64,000 nt of DNA, from assembly GCA_012026655.1 (NCBI GenBank), contig JAAILG010000134.1:62001-126000 (forward strand), written 5' to 3'. The notes below the pieces were generated by a model. It saw nothing but the letters and a program-made list of their open reading frames with translations, searched no databases and was not told where the DNA came from. The position numbers and the translations under genes were made by a program. This document shows positions 1 to 13,372 of this stretch, in pieces (the stretch's first letter is position 1; each line of letters begins with the position of its first letter). The DNA comes from Hydrolagus affinis (lineage: Eukaryota).

Positions 1-7
1 TGCCTTT

Positions 8-385
8 GAGTCCTGTGGAGCTCCTGTGGCTTAGTGGTTAGAGTACTTGTGTTGCAAGCTGGGGAGACCAAGTTGGGGAGACCTGTGTTCGAATCCAGGT
101 AGATCAGGGTGAAACCTTGGGCTAGTTTCCTTACTCCACACACCTAATAATAATCCCTCCAAAAAAAACACAATAATAAAATTGGTAATTTCAATCCATG
201 ACTGTTTGTGGGACACTGCACTGTTTGTGGGACACTGCTGTGCGCAATTGGCTGCCATGATTCGCCCACAAATATACAGTAAATTCACTTTACAGTATAT
301 TCTGTGAAGTGCTTTGAGACGACTTCGATAAGATGTGAAAAGCGCTGTGAAAAGCGCAATATCAAATGCAAGGATTATATTATAT
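8..385 (+). mobile_element. Full-length tRNA-derived Deu-domain SINE (SINE2-1_CM-like) with L2-type 3' tail
   Basis: tRNA-like head with A box (ggcttagtggttagag) and B box (gttcgaatcc); central GTGGGACACTGCTGTGCGCAATTGGCTGCC motif; tail TGTGAAAAGCGC...ATCAAATGCAAGGATTAT. The same architecture recurs several times in the window. Family name is from recall. Confidence 0.9.
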
Positions 386-692
386 TTGAGTCAAAAGGTG
401 GTGGGTTCAAGCCCATATCAGGACTTAGAAATCACAGTCCCATTGATTGTTCAGGTGGATGCTACAGATCCCATGGCACCACTCGATAAAAGACAGAAGT
501 TTCTCCCCGTGTCCTGACTAATAATCCCCCCGGATAGAATTGGTCTCCCACCTCTTGGGACATTGCTGTGTGCGTATTGGCTGCCACATTTCCCTACATT
601 TTCCTACAGTCACGGTAAATCCTGTGAAGTGCTTTGAGGCATCCTCCTGATGTGAAAGATACTATATTAAATGTAAGGAATATTTATTTATT
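386..692 (+). mobile_element. Older Deu-SINE remnant (SacSINE1/AmnSINE-like)
   Basis: tgagtcaaaaggtggtgggttcaagccc head; caggtggatgctacagatcccatggcac and gtttctccccgtgtcctgac motifs; Deu core ggacattgctgtgtgcgtattggctgcc; L2-type tail. Confidence 0.7.
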
Positions 693-2364
693 ATTGCTAC
701 ACCACACTGACTCTTCATCTTCACCTTGCTGCATCTGAGCTTCAAAGACCAAGATACCAATTTTCATGTATAAAAACCACATGAATTCTCCATTCACTCA
801 TTCACCACACTCAGTGACCCAGTTGAAGTTGTCTACCTGAAAGGTAGCACATTTTCACACATCAGTAGGGAATTTCAGCTGCTGCTACTTTCAAAGTTGT
901 GTGCTTTGAAGACTAGGCCTTTGTCTCACCCTATGGTGCAACATTTTGATGTGCTGACTTCAAAGCACAAAGTCTAGCTGCTTGTTGATAGATGAAGACG
1001 AGACACTCTTTTATGTGAAATATATTATATTGTAATGCAAGCTGTTACAGAAAGGGTATTTTGAGCTGTTATCCTGATAACTAATCAAAAGTTTTGGAGT
1101 CTGTGCACTGAAACTTGCATTGCACAACATTGATCCAACCGCAAATTTATCCTGTTATCTAACAAAGTAAGTTGTTTTACCCTACCCTGAGCTACAATGG
1201 TTGCAATATGGTTTTCTCAACTCCACGGCACTGGATGGACTTATTTATTTCAAGAACTGTTCTCTCTGGTAATGCGAAGCGACAGAGTTTGTAGGCTGCG
1301 AATTTCATCTTAATGGGATTTTATGCAAACTGATCCCCAAATTCTGATATGCCAGCCTCAAAGGGGAAATTAAGTCAAGTCCTGCACTGGCATATTTAGC
1401 AAATTTGCTGTCGGTCATGTATTAAATCTTCAATTATTGCTTCAGATTCTCTTCAGTGAGGTGCAGAAAGCACTTAAGAATAGAAATAAATACTAATGCA
1501 TTAGAAATGCTCTTTTTAAAAATAATTGAAGGTTCCAAAACCATAAAATTGTGCTTCACTCCTTCGCTCTTCAAAAACTAATTGATTAAGCAAAGTGAAT
1601 AGAGGGAAGGGCAATATTCCATTCTGGATAACAGCAATAAAAATGGTAATAATCCTGTGAGTACAATTAATTTATGGCAGAATACCAATGTTTCTGAGTT
1701 GAGGCTGATTAAAGAGTAATAGCCATAATGCGTCAATCAAATTGCTGGTTTTCCACATTAAAGATCATTCCTGAAGAGGTCCATCTGACCATAATCGTCA
1801 GCTGGGACTTTGTTTCTTTGAACTTCTATCTGCCTAGCCTTCGATAACTTTCATGAACACTATGTCAGATCTGCTTGAAATGGCCTCTTGACTATACATG
1901 GACCAATTTTATCTTCACTGATGCGCTGGAAATATAATTGTAGTGGAGCAGGCTTTGATCACACAAAGCGCAGTTTCTGAGCTGTTATTTCATGCATTTA
2001 AATTTCATGCTTCCCATGGATATTTTTCCCTTGAATATCAAGTATGGGTGCAAATATGGATGGGAGAAGCGCAATTGATCTATCTCCTCTCAGGTGAAGC
2101 ACTGTGAAGCACTTTGAGACAACAACCCTTCCCCCACCCCCCCAGAATTGAAAGACACAAAATAAATATGAATTGTATTGCATTCACCCTCAGTGCTGGA
2201 ACCTACTTATCTGATGAAACCTAATACACAACTTCCTACTGTCTTTGTCCACAATTACAGGGAACACAATATTACTTTTCTGAAAAGTGCACTCGAGCTG
2301 TAGTAACAAAATATTATGTTACTCACACTAATTTGGAAGTCCCTCCCTCGACTTTGGGGAGGAT

Positions 2365-2460
2365 AGATTTGCAGGGCTGTGGGGAGAGAGCAGGGGACAG
2401 GGATTGATTTGGACAGCTCTTTTCAAATTGTCGGCACAGACACGATGGGCCGATGGGTCT
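2365..2460 (+). mobile_element. CR1 LINE 3' end fragment
   Basis: gatttgcagggctgtggggagagagcagggg...ggcacagacacgatgggccga; similar to the CR1 3' end at 40600-40720. Confidence 0.6.
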
Positions 2461-5400
2461 TCCCAAAGACTAAATGTGAACCTTTTGCTATCTTAATATT
2501 TTTGGAAAATTGCGACCTTCTTCTTCTACCGCGCCTCTAGTCTTTGTTTGGAACTTCAAGCTGATGCACAATTCTGAAGTTGACACAAAATACTATTTGC
2601 TCCAGCTAGTTCTCAAAGATTGCTGCTATAGAGAATTTATCATTTAAACCCAACACTGGAACAGCAACAATGATTCAAACAGGCAGACTTCTCACAGATC
2701 TGACTTTTCTTTAAAGTAAACATAGTATTCAGATCACTTCAGCATCATGAATCCATTGACAAATCCCTCTGAGAGACAAGAGAACCTTTAGAAGTCTAAT
2801 TATTTAATCTGTGTAAAACATAGGATTTTGATCAGCTCTTCGCTGTTTCTTTTGTTTGGATTAAATTACTGAATGATTAAATGGGATGCGATACAAAGGG
2901 TTGCACATAAGCTTTGCACAGAAATAAATAAAATGGTTCTATCTGCAGTGTATAGAGTTCTGATCGACAGGTAATCTTGGCTCAAACAGAACATTTCTTG
3001 GTAAATTGGTATATTGAAATTCAGCTGTACAAAGGAAAAAAGGGAAAACAAGCATTCTACAGCAAAGTGGTTGAGCATGTAAAACAAATTCTATATGAAG
3101 GAATCCTAAAGAGAAAAGGCTAGTCATTTGGACATCCTTTAAAATTAAACAGCAGGAAGCACTGTGGATAAATGCATCATCCCTTTCTGTCTGGGGAAAT
3201 GGCCTCGTTTGCTCAGTGGACACAAGCCCCCAATCCCTTTATTCTGTCTTCAGTCTCCATGTCCCTAATCTCTGGAACTCCCTGTCTCTATACCTCCACG
3301 TAATTCCTACTTATGGTTTACCTCTTTGACCGCATCCATAGCGACCTCCTTCTCTCTCTCTCGGTCTCCAGCCCCACCATAACTGAAACAAATCCTACTC
3401 TGTAGCATTAACATTATTTACCTTTAACAGAGAGAAATAAATAAAAGGTTAAAATAGCTGAAATGCACAACATTATCATTAACAAACCTCCCCACTCCAC
3501 CCATTTATTTCCCACCACTTTTATTTTGCTTTGTTTTGAAATAATTTCAGTCAAACACTTGACTGATGGCTTAGAGGTCTACCTGAAATTGCTGGTAGAC
3601 AAAAGCTCAGTCTATATATAATATATGATATATACACAATACTGAAACTTGGTGCATGAAGTACATGGTCTCAGACATTGACTGTTTAATATTTCAGATC
3701 TCACATATTAACCAGCTGGTCAGCTACAGGTGACTCTCCCATCTGTCAGATAACATCACACAATTTGTGTAAGGGGGGCAAACATTTCCTTTGCCATATC
3801 TCTAAATAAATAAAACAAGACAACTTCAAAGTGTGGTTCTTAAAGCGCTGAATTACTGCGACAAATACAATGATCTGGATGCATGTTTATGTGAAACTAC
3901 TGGATAGCAATGTTAAAACAGCAGTTTTACTGAGTCTCCAGTCAGAAGCTGAGAAAGAATCAAGGCATTGAGCCAAGGCAGTCTGGAAAAGATTTGACAC
4001 AGCACCGGAGGCAGAAATAAAGCAGACATCCAGAGCACCACACACTGTTTGGGAATAAAGCACATTTTTTTTAAAAAAAAGTTCTTCATTGCACATTTTG
4101 TAGTGCTTATCCTGTATTACACATTTTCCTAAATGAGGTCCGAGCAGATGGAAGAAATTATGAAATGAATTGAAAGTACACTATATACGAACAACAAACA
4201 ACATTTGTCCAACGTCTTTCACTTCAGAAGGCCATCCTAAAGTGCTGGAATACGTAAAATGTCATAGTACAATCTAAGTCACAAACTTTTTACAGACATT
4301 GGAGTTAGTATCTGGCTGTGTTATTGATTGACTATCGACACTTTTTAATGATATCAATTTTATATACCCATCTTGACTACCTGAGATCACATACAGTATT
4401 CTGCAGCTTAGTCTCATATGTGGCATAACCTTAAGGACTACAAATGCTTTCCTTTGGCATAGTTAGATATAATCTCAAATGTCAACTTTTATCCCCAGTC
4501 CTCAACAGTAAATCCTTCAACACAAGAGGATTATAGTCATGCAGCAGACACCATGAGCAAGTATTCAATTCAATGGTTCAATTGATGTTGTAACCAACAG
4601 AAGTGAGGCTTGAACAGTTTAAGAACCACACAATTGAATAAGGGCTCAACCTCACTCACTGCCATGAATTCATTGTATTCAGCCCATGCACATCTTATCA
4701 TCTCAGATAAAATAACTGCAGTACATGGACGTTTCTGTACCATGTACTATGTGGGGGCATGTTCATGATCTTAGCATTAATAATAATCCAAGCATTTGAT
4801 ATAGTATCTTTCCTGATGGCATCTGAAAGCATTTCACCAGCTCTCACTGTGTAAAGACTTGTGACTATTTTGTAGACAAACCAGCAGCCGACTCCTTATC
4901 GATGAGTCCTTCATAAAAAAAGTCAGCTGGTAGGCACCATGAGCAGATATTCAATTCAATGGTTGCAGCAGGCATCCAGAGATCATCATTATTAATGCTG
5001 AGATTGGAAGTTGGTAGCTGTGACTCAAGAAAGCATTACAAAATTTGTACACTTACACGTTGGTTGGGCTAAGCATGGGGGAGGTTGTGTGTAGGTTTGA
5101 TGAAAGGCAATTTGACCTCAGAGTTCAGAGTAGACAGATTCACAGATGTGTGAGTTGAGTAATATTGAAAAGCAGGGCTTTCCAAAGAGATTTCAGAAAA
5201 ATGTCTGAGATTGTATTTTTGAAATTTGGGGCAACACCAAGCCATATGTGTACTTGTTTTAATACTACTAAATGCAAACATTTTGTTAAATTGCCATTGC
5301 CAAAGAACAACATGCCTATTGTAGTTTGTTTGCAGGGATCTGAATTTATTGCAGGCTATAAAGCCAGTGACAGAGAATAGAATCCACTGATTCAATAGAA

Positions 5401-6033
5401 AGCACTTTATCAACATTACTTCAGGAAAAAACAGCAGCCTTTCAAAATTCCTCAACATCTTCAAATGCTTTTTAACCAATAACCTGATTTTGAAATCAAA
5501 GTTTACACCTATGATAACCTTTCTACTTTTGTAACTTGCTGTGATAGAGCTACATATTGCAGCCAACTATTGATGATAGATTTTATATGGTTAGAGGGAA
5601 ATCATTTTGAAGCCCACACCTGGTTGCCAGTTACAGGAATGCCAGTTCCCAAAGCCTGGGTAGAGCAAAATTTGAAATGTAATAGTTCACAGAAAACAAA
5701 TCATTATTTGGATAAGGCACTGTTTTGGGATGAGCTTCTGTTTCCCATCAGGAAAATAGAATGAAATTGCTATAAATAAGACTCGAGCATAACGTTAGTT
5801 AATGCGCTTTTATGCTAACAAATAAAAGGAAGCAGTGTCAGTGATACCTCGATACATATCCAATAAGTGCAGTGACTCCTGCTGAGTGATTCAAAATGAA
5901 AACTGAAACAAAATCTTTTTACACACATCAATTGATCTTTCTCCCTTTCGCGAAACACTGACCCGCTGCGCCCAATGGTGACATGAACCAATGGTTGACA
6001 ACATTGAATCTGCTGAGCATTATAAACAATGTT

Positions 6034-6326
6034 GAGTCCTGCAACTCAGTGGTTAGAGCACTCACGTTGCAGGCGAGAGACCCATGTTTTATTCCAGGCA
6101 AGGTGAAACCTTGGGCAAGTTTTGTTACTCCACATACCTGATAATAATACCTAAAATAAACAATAATAAATTGTCCATTTCAAGTCACATGTTTGTGGGA
6201 CACTGCTGTGCGCAATTGTCAGCCACATTTTGCCTACAAACATATACGATATTCTGTGAGGCACTTTAAGGCGTCTAGAAGATGTGAAAAGCACTATATC
6301 AAATGCAAAGGTTATTATTAATAATA
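6034..6326 (+). mobile_element. Full-length tRNA/Deu SINE copy
   Basis: gagtcctgcaactcagtggttagagcactc head, Deu core and tail atcaaatgcaaaggttattattaataat; colinear with 8-385. Confidence 0.9.
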
Positions 6327-6339
6327 GTAGCTGCATAGA

Positions 6340-6470
6340 TGTTTGTGGGACATTGCTGTGTACAATTGGCAGCTGCATTCACCCACACAATACAGTTAAT
6401 CCACTTTACAGTGTATCTTGTGAAACGTTTGAGATGTCTTGACAATGTGATACGGTGCTATATGAAGTCA
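6340..6470 (+). mobile_element. Deu-SINE 3' half in tandem behind the preceding copy
   Basis: gtttgtgggacattgctgtgtacaattggcagctgc...ggtgctatat. Confidence 0.65.
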
Positions 6471-7181
6471 TTCTCATCTTTATTATCAGAGTAAGTCAGT
6501 CCCGGCCGTTCAATAACAAAAATTAGCATTCAGTTCAGTAGCACAGGTATAAAATTTCAATCTGGGAGAGTTATTCAGAAAGGAAATATTCATTCCACTC
6601 CCTTCAACATATCATTTCTCTTTTTATTCAAGGTGTCTTGCTCAGTTATGACATTTTTGGAATGAATGGGAAATAATTTAGTTCATTTGGACCGTATAAG
6701 GATCAGTTGTGCAAACTTGTCTATTGTTGTGTTTAATGAGTAAACATTTAATGAGAATTGTCCAAAAAGACATATTTTAATGTGATCTCTGGCTATATAG
6801 TGGTTACTGCAGACTGCATGCTCCACACAGTGAAATACGGATAAAGTCACGACAGCGTGAGCTGACAGTTATTTCGTACCCCATGCTGAGTTTTTCAGTT
6901 GTTAGGAACAGCATTGAGCAGAGGTGAGATGTCAGTGACAGGAGGGAAAGGAAATTGGTTCAAAGTCCCATCTGCATGGCACTGCACAGCTGGCTGGCCA
7001 CAGAACAGTATTGCCAGCAGGCATCCCACCATCGTGCTGGCTATGGCTCGGTTGAGGTTTTGAACAGAGATAAAACTCCAACTGGGAGGACGTAAAATGC
7101 TACTTTTCTTGATGTCCACTAACAATTGTCCAGACTAAATTGATCACTCACTTCTTGACTGATCAACTGATCATGAGCCAA

Positions 7182-7187
7182 TTTATT
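7182..7187 (-). promoter_or_regulatory. Candidate polyadenylation signal AATAAA of the minus-strand gene
   Basis: tttatt on the + strand, about 180 nt downstream of the TGA at 7368-7370. Confidence 0.4.
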
Positions 7188-7367
7188 GTGCCAACTGGCA
7201 ATACAATGACGTGATAAACCGTGATATCAAATGAATGAATCATTATTATAATAAATTCAGATTCCTGGCAGAGAACGAAATCAACAAAAAGCATAAGCTC
7301 ATCTTTGTATATTTTAGTTGGTGCAAACTGTATTTATGTGGGGGGGTTTTTCTCTGTTTTGCTACTC

Positions 7368-7615
7368 TCATTTGTACATCAGTGTATCCTGCACTTCGAA
7401 AATCTTGTACATTTTGCAAACAGCGCTTCTCATAATCTTTAGTAAGTTGCAACCACAAAGTTCACTAAACTCTACTTCAGACACCATCGTGTGCAGTGTG
7501 GATGGCAAATTGTTTCTTCTTTGAAGTAACAGATCAGGAAAGAGAACTCGATAATTCTCTGTGGAATTTTCCAAGCTCAGAGATCTATCAAATTCCAAAG
7601 TATGCACTTTTAAAT
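7368..7615 (-). CDS. Putative terminal coding exon of an unidentified multi-exon gene: (D)LKVHTLEFDRSLSLENSTENYRVLFPDLLLQRRNNLPSTLHTMVSEVEFSELCGCNLLKIMRSAVCKMYKIFEVQDTLMYK*
   Basis: Acceptor atttgttttttgatcctAG|AT (phase 1); 81 open codons to TGA; globular-protein-like composition; several retained CpGs in a CpG-poor background; AATAAA downstream. Confidence 0.65.
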
Positions 7616-8769
7616 CTAGGATCAAAAAACAAATGTAAACATTCCCATTGAAGTACAAGGTGATACAAAATTTACGAATGTACATCAGGACAGCGGAACC
7701 TAAACAAATCCTACTTCTTCCATTGCACCCATGGACATAAATTATTCTGGTTAAGACAAAATTTCATTTGTGAAGCGCTTTCATGTCGGGAGGACGTCCC
7801 AAGGCGTAGGTTAATATGCAACATGACAAAATGCACTATACCACATTATAGCTTTAACACATCCCCCAGTATCGTCTTGAAAAGATATACTGTATCAATA
7901 ACCCAAGGAGTTCATTTTGTTAAAGTATTGCTAATAACTGTAATAAGAGTGTTAGAAACATAAGGATAGCAAACCAATGTTATTAAATGGTGATGCATTT
8001 AAACCCACATAAGATTTTAAAATATTATTGAATGGAATGTTTATCATCCCCTATTCCTTTACCTTGCAGTGAATGCATTTATCCACACATGTCAATGCAG
8101 TTTTTTAACAAAAGTACTGCACCACAAACTTCCTCCTTCCTTTTTATTGAACCCATCCACTCAGCCTTGATGTGGGTATTTTTAATTAGTGTGTGTTTCT
8201 CTAGCTTTTAAAAATAGACTGTTGACATTGGGAACTGCTTTTCTTAGTCATGAATGTTACAGCTTCGATCTCAGTAATAAATCAGTAAACAGATTAGCTT
8301 CATACTTTTCCAGTTGATAAAAGAAAATTATATTGCATGATTCTGACCTGCAACCTGTAACTGTTGTCCTCGGGGCTCTGTTTTATGCTCACATTTTGGG
8401 GAAATTTAACATAAATGAGCTCTCCGAGCAAAGCTAAAGCCCTTCTGAATGCAGAACTCTGTCTCATTGTTGAGTCTCGCATCTCATCTGGATGTGTAGA
8501 CCTTACATGCGCTCAGATATTCAGAGCTATCCTTGTATACAGACCAACTCCATGGAGATCAAATGCAAAGAATACTAATCCGATACACACTTATTGTTCA
8601 TATTCAATTTAAAATTTCCAGTTTAAGACTGACTTTTCAAACTATTACCTTCTCTTTTTAGGTTTGTGGAAATTTATCCTAAATAACATTCATCCTTGCA
8701 TTTGGTATAATACCAAATCATATCAACACATCTCAACGCACTTCATGCTTTCAGACACTACACCCTGAA

Positions 8770-8962
8770 ACTGTGGAAAACTCTCCCACAATCCCGCTGA
8801 CTTGTCCCCTCTCTCACATTTATAAATCCTACCTTAAGACCTTCCTTTTCGACCATGCTTACCATCCCACCCCCCACCACCCCCCACAGCACCCCACCAC
8901 TGTTAAGCGCTCTAAGGCACTACCCTGCGTGGAGGTCACTATACAAGTGCAAGTTGTTGTAG
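8770..8962 (+). mobile_element. L2 LINE 3' end
   Basis: aaatcctaccttaagaccttccttttcgaccatgc (KSYLKTFLFDHA) followed by the tail actatacaagtgcaagttgttgtag. Confidence 0.75.
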
Positions 8963-11900
8963 TAGGATAGCATAACCTTCTGACTCAAAGGTGAGAATGC
9001 AAACAACTGAGCCAGGCTTACTGCAGGACTCTTGGATTTGCGATCTCCACTATCCCTCCTCCTCTCAAGAGTTGTTCATCATGTTGGATTGGATTCCAAT
9101 ATTTCAACAGCAACTCTCTGCAGTCCTCAGCTGCTGGGCTAAACATTAGTGCACCATTAGTGAAAGAAAACAGCTGTTATCATCAAGGTGGCCACAGGAG
9201 GGACAAGTCTGATCACTGCTCTGGGATCTTTTCATCATGAGATAGTCAAGAGGGTCAAAGAGGAAGAAGCAGCATCTCTCAGACACATTAATCCCCCCAC
9301 CCCACCACTCATCCAGGATATTCAACTAATGTTGAATTATCGCTGTTTGGAGTTGTCTTCATGCTTTCCTCCCACCCCAATTCAGGTCTTAGTCTTGGTA
9401 CTGATGGACTGACGCACACAGTAGCATCTCAACCATCGTCTCATCCTCCACAGTACAATAAGCAGGCTGTAGCCCAGCACTGCAAGTCTCCAACAGAAAA
9501 TGTATTGGCTGCAAAACGCAATGAAGAGCATTGATCTTCACTCACTGTGTCCCCCAACTGACCTGTTGTTTTATCCTCAAGTAACAAATTAGTTTTCACG
9601 GCAGTGGCTCTGCACAGTATAAATACTACCGTGAAACCAGCAGCCAGTCAACCATTCTGGCTTCCTTTTAATTTTGGCTTCCGTCATAGGAATTGTGTGC
9701 CATCACAACACACACTGTGATATAGATGAGGCTACTAATGGCACTGGGGAAAAATGAGGGTCATAAGTTCACGTGGCAGGAAACAAACAAAATACTGTAG
9801 CTATCACATAGCAACCAGCACTTAATTAGCTATTCACATGGAGCTTTTAGTGCTGAGTAACATGAATGCTTCATTAAAGCAAAACATGACCAGATTTTAT
9901 AGCAGTTGTTGGTGATATACGATTGTGGAATTCTCAGTGTGATTTGGATTCTCTTAAGCAAGGGAGAAGATTTCCTCATGTGTTAGACACAAATTGTTAT
10001 CGCATTTAAAAATAAAGCAAAATAAAAATATTTCTGTTTGTAATATTTCTATAAGCAAGAAATGTTAAAATTAATGAATATTTCACTTTCTTTTTTGTAA
10101 ATTTATGTTGATCTCCACTAATTGTTCCCCCCTCTCAAAGTTATCACCTGTTGGATTCCCGCCCAGGAAACCTCCAGTAGCTCACGTGTGAACCAAGAGA
10201 TCATCTTCAGGCTATTTGATCACCGAGGATATTGAGGGCAAAGCGTGGCCTCTGCACCTGATGCTCATATACCTTTTGCTGCTGTTACTGACTCGATGAT
10301 CGATAAAGGAAACGATTTTCCTCGAGTTCCTTAATTTTGTTTTTAAAAATCTAAGTTTTAATATTTGTTTTGGTGTTCAACAGGTCAAAGCTACTTAAAA
10401 ATGAGTAGAAATAAAAGAATATTGTTCACATGTCACTTGCAAGGTTTGGAAACAGAGGCCCTGTTATACGCCCCCAAAAAACACATTGCAGTTTTGTTGC
10501 AATGGGTCACCCTGGGGAGCAGGTATACAATCTGCCTCAATGTAAACTATACAGTTGAGTAGTGTAGAATATTCATTGCTGGGTGTACCTGGATGTTATC
10601 CCAGGAAATGAGTTTGCCCCCAAAACTGAGCAAATGTCAAAAGAAGCTTAAACATTGGATGTCTATGGCTAACATTTCGAAACAGAATTCGGTTCCTGTG
10701 CTTCTGGGACCTCGGAGAGGTGGAGGTAACTTTCAGATGCTTAAAATTGCACTGCATTAAGTAGATTTTTGTATTTGTAGAAAATTGCATTCTGATACCA
10801 CTTACTTCCATTTCTGGACCATTATTCAAATTAAGATGAACTGCTGGGATCACAATACACACTAGACTTTCTTCTTACTGTAAATATCAAAGGATAAGTG
10901 CTGTATCATAGTCAGACAATGCATTGAATTGACATGATATTCTACTTGATAGGTAAATAGCTTTCTGACACATCAGAGCAGCAAACCATGGGGCAAGCAT
11001 GCATGCATTTGCTCCCGTTTCACAATATTGGTTCCTGAGGTCGAGTACTGAGCACCTTGACATCCAATTGTATCCAGAAGCCACTCCACAGCAAACATTG
11101 CTCCCTGCTGGCTGGAAACTGGAATAGATTAGGCTTTCCTTTGTTCTACAAATGCATAAATTCTGTTACCGCTATTTTAAGAACAACATTTTACTTGTTT
11201 GCAGCTAAACATGCGATGTTCACCACTCTTCCCTCATTCTGTCCCATACAACTATATGTTAACAGACGAATTGCACCCAATGAAAACCAACGGTGAATAA
11301 CAGCATCGAATCTCATCTTGAATTCTGATTATGTTTAACAGATTTCAATTGATCAATAGAAGGACACAACATCTATATCATTTTAAGACTTCTGTTTAAA
11401 ACAAATCATTACCCTGTATTTCTTTTGGAAGCGGTATGAAGTGAGGATGGTATGTATTCTGTTTGTATTGGGAGCAACCGGATGCTTTGTGTTAAAGTGT
11501 TGCCAATCTTAGAAAGAGTCTGTCTATTTGCAGTAATAGGCTCTTCCCCCACACACCCCACCACCACTACTCCACAGTCCATTAAGCTAAACGTTAACAT
11601 ACTGCAACTTACTTTAATGGAACTAAGAGCAGCAAGTTGATTCCCCAAAGCAATCACAACAAAAGAAAGTTCCATCTTATCTGATCTGTAAACTTTACTC
11701 CATTATAAATGAAAGGACACTCCCGCCAATTCTTTTTATAACTCAGAGGTTTTTCCACAACTGTGTAAATGAACGATATTCCTGTCTTTGCTGGCAAACT
11801 AACCAATATGCAATCAATCAGCAGTCATTCTAATAGATTATATATTGATCGATATTCACAACTTCATAACAAAGGGGAGGTCATTCACTGTGTCACACAC

Positions 11901-13125
11901 TTTTTATATGACAGATGTGACTCTGAAATGCTACCTTAAATCGCCTCATACAACTGTAGCATTCTGTATTCAATTCCCTCATAGTTAGGTGGTCATATGG
12001 ATCCTCAAACATCTGAATCTAACTCCCTGGAGGTGTACTGTTGGTGTGTATCTGATTCCCTGATAACTTGGTTGGTTGCAGTGCAACAATCACATAGTTT
12101 GGCAATTGATTTATTCAATTCTCTGCCAGTCTGTTGGTGTTGTATCTCCAGTTCTTTAGCAAGCTCACATGCTGATCATAATAATTGCATAATCAAGAGC
12201 CATTCAGCCCATCTTATCAATGCTCAACAAATACGGTCCTGTAAACAGAGCTTTCAGATCACCTGAGTGTACAGCTATGATTCTCTAGCGCTTATCTCTG
12301 CCCAGTTCCATTGGAGTTGGGTTCATTTATCTAGGTTTATGTCCATGATTCTACATCGATTAAAAAAATGAGAAAACCAATCAATCAAAACTTACATTTA
12401 TATAGTGCCTTTACATCAAGAGGACATCCCAAGGCGTTGTACAATTAAATGGGGGAAGGGGTCGGGGCAGGATGAAGAAGAGTAGGAAAATTCACTGTAT
12501 ATTTGTAGGCGAAAACTGCAGCAAGTTGCACCTAGTTTTAAAAGGAACAATAAATCTCCAAGAAAAATCTTCTACCACTGTTTAATGGGTCACAAGAATT
12601 ATATACCCTCCCTAACTCAAATATTTCACGAGGAACAGAAATGCAGAGAAGCAGAGTGAAGGAGTGAGTTTTTATAGCACTCTTGGCATTCAGACATTTA
12701 TCTATTAAGATACAAGAGATAGATCTCTGGAGTACAATTGGTTTATGTATTTTAAGTTTCTGAAGTACACAGAAATCCTATATTGTACCAGATCCACACA
12801 CATCTCTGCCATAAGGGTCAATCACTCAACCTTATTCAGGGAGATTAAAGAGCCCTGGTATCTTGCCACTGTGCTTAGTGAGAGACAGAAGGATCAATAG
12901 TTTTTTTAAAAATAGCATTGCAATAGAATGTAAAACTAGATAATCTCAATAAATATAGCAAACTTATATTTTGCAGTCGATCAGTAAAGAAAAGCCTGCC
13001 TATTAGGAAATGTTGCAGGAACATCAGGTTAAAAATGACTACCAAGGCACTCTAGCACAATATACCAGTCAATAATACATGATTCATATGGTGATTTTCA
13101 CTTCTTCTAGACATCTCATAGTTCT

Positions 13126-13372
13126 TCACAGAATGTATTGTAAAGTGAATTGACTGCACATTTGTGGGGAAAAATGTGGCTCTGGAACTCCTTCCCTCAA
13201 TCCCTTCACCTCATCCCCTCCTTTTCCATTTTCAGGTTGCGCCTGAAGACCTTTTGTTGGACTGTGCCTACGGTCAACAGCCCCCTCCCCCTGGCTCAGC
13301 CCAGGCTCCATGAAGCACTCTGAGACACCGTCTGGCACGGAGGGCACTATATAAATGCAAGTTGTTGTTATT
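13126..13372. mobile_element. SINE fragment (minus, about 13126-13170) abutting an L2 3' end (plus, about 13178-13372)
   Basis: cacagaatgtattgtaaagtgaattgactg matches the reverse complement of the SINE; ctctggaactccttccctcaatccc...gcactatataaatgcaagttgttgtt matches the L2 3' end. Confidence 0.7.

Noticed and set aside
8-100. tRNA gene (also at 6034, 25059 and 47128)
   Set aside because: The A/B boxes belong to SINE heads that continue into the Deu domain and LINE tail; no intact cloverleaf
5069-5566. 165-aa minus-strand ORF
   Set aside because: Composition resembles translated AT-rich non-coding DNA; no recognisable motif and no supporting splice or polyA context
7362-7370. TGA-GAG-TAG at the end of the last exon as a possible C-terminal selenocysteine
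   Set aside because: No well-formed SECIS stem before the AATAAA and no Cys/Gly redox context; read as an ordinary stop with a backup stop
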